Source: Candidatus Nomurabacteria bacterium
Lineage (GTDB): Bacteria > Patescibacteriota > Patescibacteriia > Magasanikbacterales > UBA922
Assembly (NCBI GenBank): GCA_020632445.1
Contig: JACKFN010000005.1
Coordinates: 30,786-94,785, forward strand
Reading direction: 5' to 3'
DNA length: 64,000 nucleotides
Numbering within the stretch: the stretch's first letter is position 1; each line of letters opens with the position of its first letter. A model generated the notes under the pieces. It was given only the letters and a program-made list of their open reading frames with translations. It was not told the DNA's origin and ran no database searches. Shown one piece after another: positions 17,846 through 27,264 of the stretch. Made by a program: the position numbers and the translations under genes.

Positions 17846-19432
17846 TTATTGGTTTTTCTTCGTCTGTCCTGGAGGAACTTTTCCACTGTTTCCCCGAATA
17901 GAGATGTCGGTACCCAGGTTGATTTCAGCTTCGACTTCTGCTTCTGTTTCAGCGTCGTCATCATTTTCTTCTTCATTCTCCGCTTGGTCGTCTATATCAG
18001 ATTCGTCTGTTTGATTATTTTCCTCTTGTTCATCCCCATGTTCGTTACTTGATGAGTCGTCTGCATCGGTTTGTGACTGATCGTCTTCATTTTGCTCTGA
18101 ATCGTCGTTGCTGCTTGAATCATCGGTTTGATCTTCTGTGGATGTTGAGGTGTCTGATGTATTTTCCTCACTCTCTTCTGAATTTTGCTCGTCTGATTCT
18201 TCTTGGTCCTCGTCAGCACTTTGCTTTTCTCCGTTGTTTTGCTTGGCAAAGTGCTTGGCGTTATTTTTTAGTGCATGAAAGGCTTTTTCGAGGCCTTTTG
18301 CCTTGTTTCCATTCCCTTTTTCAAGTGATTCGTCAATTTGGTTTGCCTTTTTTTCGAGTCGAGAGAACAGTTTCTCAGCATCTCCCTCATCAACACCGCT
18401 TTGCAAAAGTTGTTCTTTGAATACCGATAGGTTCAACTGGATTTCTGTTTGGTTTACTTCTTCCTCTTCTTCATTGGCGTCTTCATCGGTTTCCTCCTCT
18501 GCTGCTTCATTATTGTCTTCGTTTGTTTGGTCCTCAGTTGATGTACTGGTTTCGTCTGTAGAAGAATCGTCAGTTTGTTGATCAGTTGATGTTGTGGTTT
18601 CGTCACTGCTATTCTTTGCAGCAAGAGCAAGTTGGACTTCCGAATACAACTGAGCAATCTGAGCTTGACCATCTGCAATTTCATCTAGCGCTAGGGCAAC
18701 AGCTTCGATGTTTCCCTCGCTGGCATCAACGCCGAGGATTGCGGCGACTTGCACAAGTCCTTCGATCTGTTGTGATTGCGCTTCGATAATGAGCGAAAGT
18801 GCGAGTTCGAGTTCGGCGCTCATGTTTTCATCCTCCATTTCTTCTGCTGCCTGCTCAGCCTGCTCCATTTCGTCCATCATATCTTCAACCGTTTCGGAAA
18901 GATCATCAGATGCTTCCTCTTCGTCCTCTCCGACATCTTCCATTTGATCTTCTGTGGATGTGGTGGTTACTTCAACCTCTGTTTCTGTTTCCACATCGAC
19001 ATCGACCTCAGTTTCTGACTCAGTAGTCGTGCTGGTGTCTTCTGCTGCATGGGCCACATCGATTCCAAGAAATGAGAGAACCTCTGAGAGATCTTTGTTT
19101 TGCTCTTTGGCAAGAACTTTTGCCTCGGCAAGGCGTCGCATAGCGAGGTCTGTGTGGACTTGTACTTTTTCGTAGTGTGAGTTCGCCATTTTCACACGGA
19201 CAGATTCTACTGAACGTTTGAGTCCATAGAGCGAATCTCCGTGGGTAACGTTTGGTGATGCGTAGGCATAGCCGGTGAGTCCCACAAGAGCAAAGAGCAC
19301 TACCACCAAGGACATGGCAAGATTTTTAAATAACATAGTATGTGTGTTAGATGATTGAAATTGTGAAAAGGTGAGCTGCTTGTAAAATTTTAGCACGGCT
19401 CGTCTTCTCATTTTGAATTTTGGTAAGTTCAT
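17846..19432 (-). CDS. Putative anti-sigma factor / membrane-anchored protein with a hyper-acidic low-complexity ectodomain
   Basis: 4-nt ATGA overlap with the upstream ECF sigma gene. One TM helix (MSLVVVLFALVGLTGYAYA), a roughly 60-aa structured juxtamembrane segment, then about 400 aa of D/E/S/T-rich sequence. Confidence 0.5.
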   Translation of the reverse strand: MNLPKFKMRRRAVLKFYKQLTFSQFQSSNTHTMLFKNLAMSLVVVLFALVGLTGYAYASPNVTHGDSLYGLKRSVESVRVKMANSHYEKVQVHTDLAMRRLAEAKVLAKEQNKDLSEVLSFLGIDVAHAAEDTSTTTESETEVDVDVETETEVEVTTTSTEDQMEDVGEDEEEASDDLSETVEDMMDEMEQAEQAAEEMEDENMSAELELALSLIIEAQSQQIEGLVQVAAILGVDASEGNIEAVALALDEIADGQAQIAQLYSEVQLALAAKNSSDETTTSTDQQTDDSSTDETSTSTEDQTNEDNNEAAEEETDEDANEEEEEVNQTEIQLNLSVFKEQLLQSGVDEGDAEKLFSRLEKKANQIDESLEKGNGNKAKGLEKAFHALKNNAKHFAKQNNGEKQSADEDQEESDEQNSEESEENTSDTSTSTEDQTDDSSSNDDSEQNEDDQSQTDADDSSSNEHGDEQEENNQTDESDIDDQAENEEENDDDAETEAEVEAEINLGTDISIRGNSGKVPPGQTKKNQ

Positions 19433-19929
19433 ATGTTTGTTGATTGGGTTGCTAGGGCTTTGAGATTGCCAATAGCTCGTGAGAGAGCCGTTCGTATTGC
19501 GCCTTCACTTTTTCCCAGAAGGCCACTTATTTCTTTGAATGAAAGTTCGTCGACATGCCTGAGGAGTATCAAGTGCCTCTGGTTGTCAGGCATCCGCTCA
19601 AGAAGAATAAAAAGCCGCTCGGTTTCTAACTGTATATCGGTAAGGGACTCCAGGTTCTGCTGGTCGGGTACGTTTTCGATTTGCTCGAGTGAAACGAACC
19701 TACCTTGCTTTCTGTAGTGGCTGACAAGCGTGTTATGAGCAATGGCATAGATCCAAGACTGAAAGGCAGATCCCTCTTTGAAGCTGTCTCGGGCGTCAAA
19801 AGCTTTAAGAAAGACGTCTGATGTCAGGTCTTCTGCCACTGGGGTGTCAAAATTCACCCGGTACAGAAAGTAGGTATAAATTTTGTCACGATACTTTTTG
19901 TATTGCTTCAAAAAGGTGATGGTATGCAT
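19429..19929 (-). CDS. ECF-type RNA polymerase sigma factor (sigma-70 regions 2 and 4)
   Basis: 166 aa; region 2 (DLTSDVFLKAF...FQSWIYAIAHNTLVSHYRK) and region 4 HTH (LSFKEISGLLGKSEGAIRTALSRA). Confidence 0.85.
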   Translation of the reverse strand: MHTITFLKQYKKYRDKIYTYFLYRVNFDTPVAEDLTSDVFLKAFDARDSFKEGSAFQSWIYAIAHNTLVSHYRKQGRFVSLEQIENVPDQQNLESLTDIQLETERLFILLERMPDNQRHLILLRHVDELSFKEISGLLGKSEGAIRTALSRAIGNLKALATQSTNI

Positions 19930-19990
19930 ACGATTATTTCCTTTCTACCCTATTATACGCGAAAAGGATTGTTTTGTTACAAGAGAATAA

Positions 19991-20016
19991 AAAACCACCG
20001 TTTTTGGTGGTTTTTT
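19991..20016. terminator. Hairpin plus T-tract immediately 3' of tRNA-Cys
   Basis: AAAACCACCGtttttGGTGGTTTTTTT. Confidence 0.5.
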
Positions 20017-20092
<76 letters not shown>

Positions 20093-20313
20093 TGATGGTG
20101 CAAGCATAGTAACACGGAAAGAGGTTTTTTTCAAGGGAGTGGATAGAGAACAGATTCAGCCGCTTTTCCACTTCATAGAGGGGAACATACCAATGTCATT
20201 TAGAACTGCCTGAAAATTTATCCATAACGCTATTTAGGTGTGGGGTGACTTTCACAAATATATGATGGACTTCATTAGATTTCAACCTCATCTTATGATA
20301 TCATAGACCCACT

Positions 20314-22986
20314 ATGGCAAACAGACGATTTGTTATTGTTGATGGAAACGCTCTCATTCACCGTGCCTACCACGCAATCCCCCCTTTGAATACCAAAGAT
20401 GGACTGAGTGTGAATGCGGTCTACGGCTTTACTTCCATCCTCCTCAAAATTCTTTCAGATCTTAAGCCGAGTCACATAGCGGTGAGTTTTGATGTGGCTG
20501 GTGCAACCTTTCGTGATGAAATTTATGAGGAGTATAAGGCCACCAGAGTGAAGGCTGACGATGATTTATATGATCAAATCCCTCTCTGTTATGAGGTGGT
20601 GGAGGCCCTCGATATTCCCATTTTTACCAAAGAAGGGTATGAGGCGGATGACGTGATCGGAACACTGGTGACGAAGTTTGAGACAAAGGATGCGGGTCTC
20701 GAATCAGTGATTGTTACCGGTGATAAGGACATGCTGCAATTGGTCGATGATCAGACCAAGGTATACATGCTACGCAAAGGTATGTCTGACTTTATGCTTT
20801 ATGATGAGGCTGCAGTAAAAGAACAGTTTGGTTTCCCTCCCAAGATGATTATCGACTACAAGGCACTCATGGGTGATAGTAGCGACAACATTCCAGGAGT
20901 CAAAGGTGTTGGAAAAAAGACTGCAGAGCAGCTTTTGGTAGAAGTTGGAGATCTTTCGACCATTTATGATCTGCTGAAAAAAGAAAAGCTCGATGCAAAG
21001 CCTGCGGTTTTAAAAAAACTGGAAGTTGGAGAGGGTGATGCCTGGATGAGTTATGAGCTTGCTACCATTATTACCGATGTAAAGGGACTCAATTTTACGC
21101 TCAAAGATGCTTTGATAGGTGAGTTTAATAGAGACAAGGTGCTCGAAGTGTTTTCACGTTTTGAGTTTGTTTCACTTATGAAGCGTTTGCCGGGTAATAA
21201 CTCAAACACGCAAACGTTTGAACATACAAACAGTGTTATATTGGTAGAAAGTACTGGCTTTGGGAAGGTATTTGAGAAAATTGCCGGCGAAAAAATACTC
21301 TATATAAAAGAAGTACTAAGCAGCGACGACGTCATGAAAGCCAAGCTGCAAGGCTTGGTGATACAGGCAAAAGATGCGGTGTATTTTTTTGAGATGGTCA
21401 AATTGACAGATGGTCAAATTGATGAATTGTTTGAACTGTTTCGAGGTGGGAAGCAAACACTTGTAGGGCATGATGTGAAAAAACTTCTAAAAATTTTGCT
21501 TCGAAATGGTGTTGAGTTGAAGTGTAAACTTTTCGATATTATGGTTGCAAGTTACCTGATCAACTCATCGACACGTGCGCATGACATGCCGTCACTGGTT
21601 CTCAAAGAGTTTGGCAGTGAGCTCAAAGAAAAAAAGAGTCAGCAAGGAAATTTGTTTGGGGTTGACGCAAGCTTTGTCACCCAGGAAGTTTCATATTTTC
21701 AAAAACTGCACACCACTTACCTGGATAGACTTCAAGAAGACAATAATTTAGAACTTTTTGAGAACATGGAGATGGCGCTTATACCGGTTTTGGCGACTAT
21801 GGAAGTGACGGGTATTAGTGTAGACACCAAAAAACTTTCGAGGCTTTCGGTAAGTACCACCAAAAAAATCGAGAAGCTTGTAGGTGCCATACACAAAGCC
21901 GCCGGAGAGGAGTTTAATGTTGCATCTTCGGTGCAGTTGCGTGATATTTTGTTTGAAAAATTAGGGCTTTCTACGGAGGGTATAAAAAAGGGAAAGACCG
22001 GATACTCAACGGCAGCCAGTGAACTTGAAAAGTTGCGCGATGAGCACGAGATCATTCCGTTGATCGAGGAATTTCGAGAACTGGAGAAGCTACGTAACAC
22101 CTATATTGATGTTTTGCCGACACTCGTAAGTAAAGAAACCGGGAGAATCCATACACACTTCAATCAAGCGGTGGCGAGTACAGGAAGACTTTCGAGCGCT
22201 GATCCAAATTTGCAAAACATTCCGATTCGAACTGATGCCGGCCGAGAAATTCGTAAATGTTTTGTGTCTGAAAAAGGAAAAATACTTGTGGCAGCTGATT
22301 ATTCGCAGATTGAACTTCGGGTGGTTGCCTCACTTGCCAAGGATAAGGCCATGATAGAAATTTTTGAAAATGGGGAAGACATTCATACTGCAACCGCGGC
22401 AGCTATCAATGGGGTAAAGTCGAAAGACGTTACCAAAGAAATGCGTCGCGCTGCAAAGGCCATTAACTTTGGGATTCTGTATGGTATGGGAGCGTTTGGA
22501 ATGGCTGTGCGAACCGGTATTCCACAGTGGCAGGCCAAAGAATTCATTGATGAATATTTCAAAGCATTTGCTGGTGTCAAAAAGTATATGGACAGAACGC
22601 TTGAGATTGCCAAAAAAGATGGATATGTTGAGACGCTTTTTGGAAGACGTCGCTACATTCCTGAGCTCTCTTCTGGGAACGTGCAGATTCGAAATGCTGG
22701 TGAGCGTATGGCGATCAATATGCCTGTTCAGGGAACGGCTGCCGACATTATGAAAGAGGCCATGATAGCGGTTGACTCAGAAATGAAAAGTCATAAATCT
22801 AAGGTTATACGAGAAAATACCAAGATGTTGCTTCAGGTACATGACGAATTAGTTTTAGAAACTCCAGAGGGGACTGAACAGGAAGTCGCCAAAATGGTTA
22901 AAGCAATTATGCAGGGGGTCGTAAAGCTTGGAGTTCCTGTGGTGGTAGACGTGGAAGTGGGGACGAGTTGGGGTGAGATGAAATAA
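20314..22986 (+). CDS. polA: DNA polymerase I (5'-3' exonuclease + 3'-5' exo-like domain + polymerase)
   Basis: 890 aa; N-terminal FEN-like domain (VIVDGNALIHRAYHA), polymerase motifs A (DYSQIELR), B (RRAAKAINFGILYGM) and C (VHDELVLE). Confidence 0.95.
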   Translation: MANRRFVIVDGNALIHRAYHAIPPLNTKDGLSVNAVYGFTSILLKILSDLKPSHIAVSFDVAGATFRDEIYEEYKATRVKADDDLYDQIPLCYEVVEALDIPIFTKEGYEADDVIGTLVTKFETKDAGLESVIVTGDKDMLQLVDDQTKVYMLRKGMSDFMLYDEAAVKEQFGFPPKMIIDYKALMGDSSDNIPGVKGVGKKTAEQLLVEVGDLSTIYDLLKKEKLDAKPAVLKKLEVGEGDAWMSYELATIITDVKGLNFTLKDALIGEFNRDKVLEVFSRFEFVSLMKRLPGNNSNTQTFEHTNSVILVESTGFGKVFEKIAGEKILYIKEVLSSDDVMKAKLQGLVIQAKDAVYFFEMVKLTDGQIDELFELFRGGKQTLVGHDVKKLLKILLRNGVELKCKLFDIMVASYLINSSTRAHDMPSLVLKEFGSELKEKKSQQGNLFGVDASFVTQEVSYFQKLHTTYLDRLQEDNNLELFENMEMALIPVLATMEVTGISVDTKKLSRLSVSTTKKIEKLVGAIHKAAGEEFNVASSVQLRDILFEKLGLSTEGIKKGKTGYSTAASELEKLRDEHEIIPLIEEFRELEKLRNTYIDVLPTLVSKETGRIHTHFNQAVASTGRLSSADPNLQNIPIRTDAGREIRKCFVSEKGKILVAADYSQIELRVVASLAKDKAMIEIFENGEDIHTATAAAINGVKSKDVTKEMRRAAKAINFGILYGMGAFGMAVRTGIPQWQAKEFIDEYFKAFAGVKKYMDRTLEIAKKDGYVETLFGRRRYIPELSSGNVQIRNAGERMAINMPVQGTAADIMKEAMIAVDSEMKSHKSKVIRENTKMLLQVHDELVLETPEGTEQEVAKMVKAIMQGVVKLGVPVVVDVEVGTSWGEMK

Positions 22987-23005
22987 ACAAATGTAGTAGA
23001 AACAA

Positions 23006-23034
23006 AAAATTCCATGTTTCCATGGAATTTTTTT
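23006..23034. terminator. Bidirectional terminator between polA and the DoxX gene
   Basis: AAAAAATTCCATGtttCCATGGAATTTTTTT perfect hairpin with flanking A/T runs. Confidence 0.6.
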
Positions 23035-23050
23035 ATCTCTTATTACGGTA

Positions 23051-23503
23051 TTACTTCGACTTGCAATTTCCACCACAACACTCCCCCTTTTTCTCACCCT
23101 TTCCACAGATGCAGCCACAATCCCGCAGTGCCCATTTTCCTCCACCATTTGAAATAAGTGGCAAAAGTGCTGCAATAAAGACGAGCACCATTTCTGATCC
23201 ACCCGGACCCATGATGCCATTTTTGAGGTGTACAAACAAAAGAGCACCAAGCATGATGATTCCAAGAATAAGCGCTGCTGTTGCTGTGTAGGCTCCGAGA
23301 ATCAATGCGATACCACCAAGGAGCTCGAGAACACCAACCAGTGGTCCGATGATCTTTGGCAAAAAGATACCCATGTTGTCAAACATGGTTTGGGTTGCAC
23401 TGATATCAGAAAGTTTTCCGTATCCATGCATAACAAAGAGCACACCGATAATCAGGCGCGCAATAAACAGGGATGTCCCTGAACAACTACATTTTCCCTT
23501 CAT
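23051..23503 (-). CDS. DoxX-family membrane protein with a Cys-rich C-terminal tail
   Basis: Four TM helices with the DoxX-type N-terminus (LIIGVLFVMHGYGKL); C-terminal DCGCICGKGEKKGECCGGNCKSK. Confidence 0.65.
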   Translation of the reverse strand: MKGKCSCSGTSLFIARLIIGVLFVMHGYGKLSDISATQTMFDNMGIFLPKIIGPLVGVLELLGGIALILGAYTATAALILGIIMLGALLFVHLKNGIMGPGGSEMVLVFIAALLPLISNGGGKWALRDCGCICGKGEKKGECCGGNCKSK

Positions 23504-23678
23504 AGTGAAGTAGATTAAAAAGAATAAGGAAGCGCATAGCCGCGCTTTGTTATCGGTAGTATAGAGGGAAAAAAGAGTTTAGGCAATATGTGAACCAGTT
23601 TCCACACTCTTGAGTTTACAAGACAACTCCTTGTGATATACTTGTTTTCATCAACCCCTTCGAAGCTAACAATTTTGT

Positions 23679-26600
23679 ATGCACATAAGGAGGGTTTTTT
23701 TTATTTTATCGCTCTGTTCCATTATCGTCGGGATAAATGTGGTGGAGGCAGACTTTGATCAACCTGTTTCGCACATCGTAATCAGTGAGGTTTCACTTGC
23801 TGGTGAAAGCTCAACCAAGGATGAGTTTGTAGAGCTCTTTAACCCAACATCGCAGGATGTAAATCTTACAGGGTATCGACTTGCAAAGTACACGGCAAGC
23901 AAAACGCTCGAAGATGACTCGCAGACTCTTGCGATGCTCGATAATCTTTTCATTCCGTCGCATGGGTTTTTGCTTATTGCACATCAGGAATATGTTTATC
24001 GTAACAGCAGCACCGCGGAATTTGTTGCCCCCGATATTGTTTATGGTGGCAATGTTGATGTTTCGATTTCAAACAACAACGCTATAGTGCTTCAAAATTC
24101 GACCGGAGTTATTGATGTTGTTGGATTCGGATCAGCGAGCACTTTTGAATCATCGGTAGTGTCAAATCCTTCTAAAGGAAAAAGTCTAGAAAGAAATCCC
24201 GGTGGACTCCTTGGTCATGGGACAGATACAGATAATAATTACGAAGACTTCTTTGTAGCAGAGCGCAGCCCAAAAAATGCACATAGCGACCGGATAAAAA
24301 GAAGTGAAAATGCCAAACCGTCGGTTGTGCTCGCGGTTTCTCAGACACAGGTTGATGTTGGTGAAGAAGTTATTTTTGATGTATCGCAAAGCTCCGATCC
24401 AGAGGGAGATTCGCTTATCTTTTCATTTGACTTTGCAGACGGAGAGTTTGTGAGCACCACGACCGATCAGTTAGTACATAGTTATAGTATACCTGGCGAA
24501 TATTTGGTGGAAGTGCGCGTACAAGATAGTTATGAAAACATATCAGAACAAACTGTACTCATAACCGTGATTGCGACAGTTGTGGACATGCCCCCGCCCT
24601 TGGGGTTAAAGGTAATTATTAATGAAGTACTTGCCAATCCTCATGATGGCGTGGAATGGGTAGAACTGTACAATCCAAATTCCGTGGCCGTTGGCATTGA
24701 TGGATGGACGCTTCATGACAATGCGCGTACCAGTAATCTGTTTGGTGCGATAGCACCGAAAGGTTTTATGATTGTAAGCAGCACAAGCCGGCTGAATAAC
24801 TCTGGAGATAAGATTTTGTTGAAGGATATTGAAAATAAGACAGTCGATGCAATGTATTATGGCAGTTATACCGATCAGGGACGCTCAAGCACGCAGCACA
24901 ACGCAATCATACCAGGAGTCGATGAAGCGTTGATTCGTTTTCCTGACGGACAAGATTCTGACAATGACCTGAATGATTTTTTGCTTACAAGCCTGTCGAC
25001 ACCTTGGCAAAAAAATGAATTGGTGCCGATAGTAATTTCCGAATCAGAGGTTTCCCAAAAAGATGAGAGTAGTATTTTTTCACCCCCTTCTTTCACGTCC
25101 AGCGAACCCAAAAGATTTGCTATAGGCAGTATGCTTATCAGCGAGCTTGTGTCAGACCCAACAGATGGAGAGGATGAATTTGTGGAGCTCTATAATGCAT
25201 CGAATGAAGTAATCGATTTGTCTGGATGGTTTATCCAGGATGGTTCTACACGAAAAACATTGCTTGAAGACAGAAAGGTCGAACCGGGTAAGTATTACGT
25301 TCTGGCAAGCCCGAGGGGAAACCTCAATAATGGTGGAGACCTGGTGAAACTTTATGACAAAGATGGACAAGTGATTGATCAGTTGGCTTACGGCGACTTT
25401 GATGACGGAAATATTGCTGATAATGCACCAGTGGCTGTAGACCCATATAGTCTCATTCGTAAACAGAAGGGTTTTGATACTGATAACGATGCTCGTGATT
25501 TTGTGGTGACACAAAAGGTTACACGTGAGAGGGAGAATGTTTTTGCACAAGTAAGAGAAGAAGAGCAAAAAACAGTGGAAACAAAATCATCAGAAGCACC
25601 ATCGGTGAGGCAGGTATCAGCTGATCGTGTAGTTCGCATTCATGCCATTTTTCCCAATCCAATCGGAGATGATAGTACCGGGGAATACATTGAGATTGTT
25701 AATCTTGAGCAAACACCAGTTGATATTTCTGGATGGAGAATTTCTGACGCTACGGCGAAGCAATATATTATTGATGTTTTGACCCTGGCGCCAAGCAGTA
25801 CCCATCGGTTTGAAAGAAGTGTAACCGGGATAGCGCTCAATAATTCTGGAAGCGAACAGGTAAAGCTCATGCTTCCAAACGGTGCCATCGTGCAGCGTCT
25901 TGAGTATGCGGGCAGTGTTTCAGAGGGGGCGGTTTTTGTTCGACAAAGCGATGGGACATATGTATGGGAAGGAGGAGAGGCACATGCCAGAGAGGCTTTT
26001 GAAGAAGTGGAAGAGGTTGAGTCAGATGATGATTTATTCGCTGATAGCAATGCTGTTATGGGTCGAGAATATGTCCAAGATGGTGCGGTTGGTGGATATC
26101 TCGGTGCGAATATTCTGGATGTCGTAATTTCTGAAATTTTTCCAAACCCATCTGGGAGCGATGAGGCGGAGTTTATTGAGCTTTACAATCCCACAGAAGA
26201 TGATATTGATATGTCTGGAGTTTTTCTTGACGATGGAGCTTTGGGCTCTCGTCCATTTGTGGTTCCTGTGGGTAGTATTCTTTTGCCTGGACAGTATATG
26301 GTTTTTCCTCGATCAGTCACCGGTCTTGTGCTTAATAACACAGCGGATAGTTTGCGCATCCTTGACCAGGACAAAAATGAGATGCTGGCAATAAGTTATC
26401 ACAATTCCCCAGAAGGAAGTTCATATATTGAAAATGGCGATGGTCAGTATGTTTGGACAACCACTGTTACACCGGGAGAGGAAAATGTATTTACGACTCA
26501 AAAAACGGTGGCTACCAAAATAACGCAGTCAATTGTGATGCCACAAAGCCTCTCTCTTGCGCAAATACGTGACTCTGATACAGGGGACCTTGTCTCTTTT

Positions 26601-27257
26601 CCTGGATATGTCTCAGTTCTTCCTGGAATTTTGGGATCACAGATTTTTTATGTGCAAGACCGTGAGGCAGGAATACAGATATATATGCATAGTAAGGAAT
26701 TCCCTGAGCTTTCATATGGTGACTTTGTGTCAATAAATGGTGAAGTTTCTGTGGTCGGTGGTCAAAAACGAATTAAGGTAAAACAGCCAGAAAACATTCG
26801 TGTTCTGTCAAAAAATGATCAAGAGATTTTGTCGGAATTTGTGGTTGATCGTGAACTTTCACAGATCGATGAAACACTCCATGCTAGGCTTGCGCAGGTC
26901 CATGGTGAGATCACAGAGCTCAGGGGGTCTCAGATGTATATTGACGACGGGAGTGAAGAATTTTTGGTGTATTTCAAAAAAGGAACAGGAATAACACGAA
27001 GTATGTTTTCGCTGGGGCAAAACGTTCGAGTGAATGGAATTGTTGAAAACACACTTACCGGAATGCGTATATTGCCGCGGTCTGTTGATGACGTCATGGT
27101 TTTACCGGCCTTTGGAGAGGTTACGAAAGCCACATCTGCTGTTCAGGAGGAGTTATTGGTACCCCTCAAAAAAGAAAAGAGCCAAGTTCCCTACGGGTTC
27201 TTGGCCTTTTGTGTCGTGGTTGGTGCAATTGTCATTAAAGTTGTGCGCAGTCAGTAA
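23679..27257 (+). CDS. Large secreted/anchored protein (1192 aa) with about five lamin-tail-domain (LTD) repeats, a PKD-like domain and a C-terminal OB-like region plus TM anchor
   Basis: Signal peptide MHIRRVFFILSLCSIIVGINVVEA. Repeated LTD signatures (VISEVSLAG...FVELFNPTSQDVNLTGYRL; VIINEVLANPHDGVEWVELYNPNSVAVGIDGWTL; LISELVSDPTDGEDEFVELYNASNEVIDLSGWFI; IFPNPIGDDSTGEYIEIVNLEQTPVDISGWRI; VISEIFPNPSGSDEAEFIELYNPTEDDIDMSGVFL). PKD-like VLAVSQTQVDVGEEVIFDVSQSSDPEGDSL. C-terminal hydrophobic segment FLAFCVVVGAIVIKVV. Confidence 0.7.
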   Translation: MHIRRVFFILSLCSIIVGINVVEADFDQPVSHIVISEVSLAGESSTKDEFVELFNPTSQDVNLTGYRLAKYTASKTLEDDSQTLAMLDNLFIPSHGFLLIAHQEYVYRNSSTAEFVAPDIVYGGNVDVSISNNNAIVLQNSTGVIDVVGFGSASTFESSVVSNPSKGKSLERNPGGLLGHGTDTDNNYEDFFVAERSPKNAHSDRIKRSENAKPSVVLAVSQTQVDVGEEVIFDVSQSSDPEGDSLIFSFDFADGEFVSTTTDQLVHSYSIPGEYLVEVRVQDSYENISEQTVLITVIATVVDMPPPLGLKVIINEVLANPHDGVEWVELYNPNSVAVGIDGWTLHDNARTSNLFGAIAPKGFMIVSSTSRLNNSGDKILLKDIENKTVDAMYYGSYTDQGRSSTQHNAIIPGVDEALIRFPDGQDSDNDLNDFLLTSLSTPWQKNELVPIVISESEVSQKDESSIFSPPSFTSSEPKRFAIGSMLISELVSDPTDGEDEFVELYNASNEVIDLSGWFIQDGSTRKTLLEDRKVEPGKYYVLASPRGNLNNGGDLVKLYDKDGQVIDQLAYGDFDDGNIADNAPVAVDPYSLIRKQKGFDTDNDARDFVVTQKVTRERENVFAQVREEEQKTVETKSSEAPSVRQVSADRVVRIHAIFPNPIGDDSTGEYIEIVNLEQTPVDISGWRISDATAKQYIIDVLTLAPSSTHRFERSVTGIALNNSGSEQVKLMLPNGAIVQRLEYAGSVSEGAVFVRQSDGTYVWEGGEAHAREAFEEVEEVESDDDLFADSNAVMGREYVQDGAVGGYLGANILDVVISEIFPNPSGSDEAEFIELYNPTEDDIDMSGVFLDDGALGSRPFVVPVGSILLPGQYMVFPRSVTGLVLNNTADSLRILDQDKNEMLAISYHNSPEGSSYIENGDGQYVWTTTVTPGEENVFTTQKTVATKITQSIVMPQSLSLAQIRDSDTGDLVSFPGYVSVLPGILGSQIFYVQDREAGIQIYMHSKEFPELSYGDFVSINGEVSVVGGQKRIKVKQPENIRVLSKNDQEILSEFVVDRELSQIDETLHARLAQVHGEITELRGSQMYIDDGSEEFLVYFKKGTGITRSMFSLGQNVRVNGIVENTLTGMRILPRSVDDVMVLPAFGEVTKATSAVQEELLVPLKKEKSQVPYGFLAFCVVVGAIVIKVVRSQ

Positions 27258-27264
27258 GAATAAT

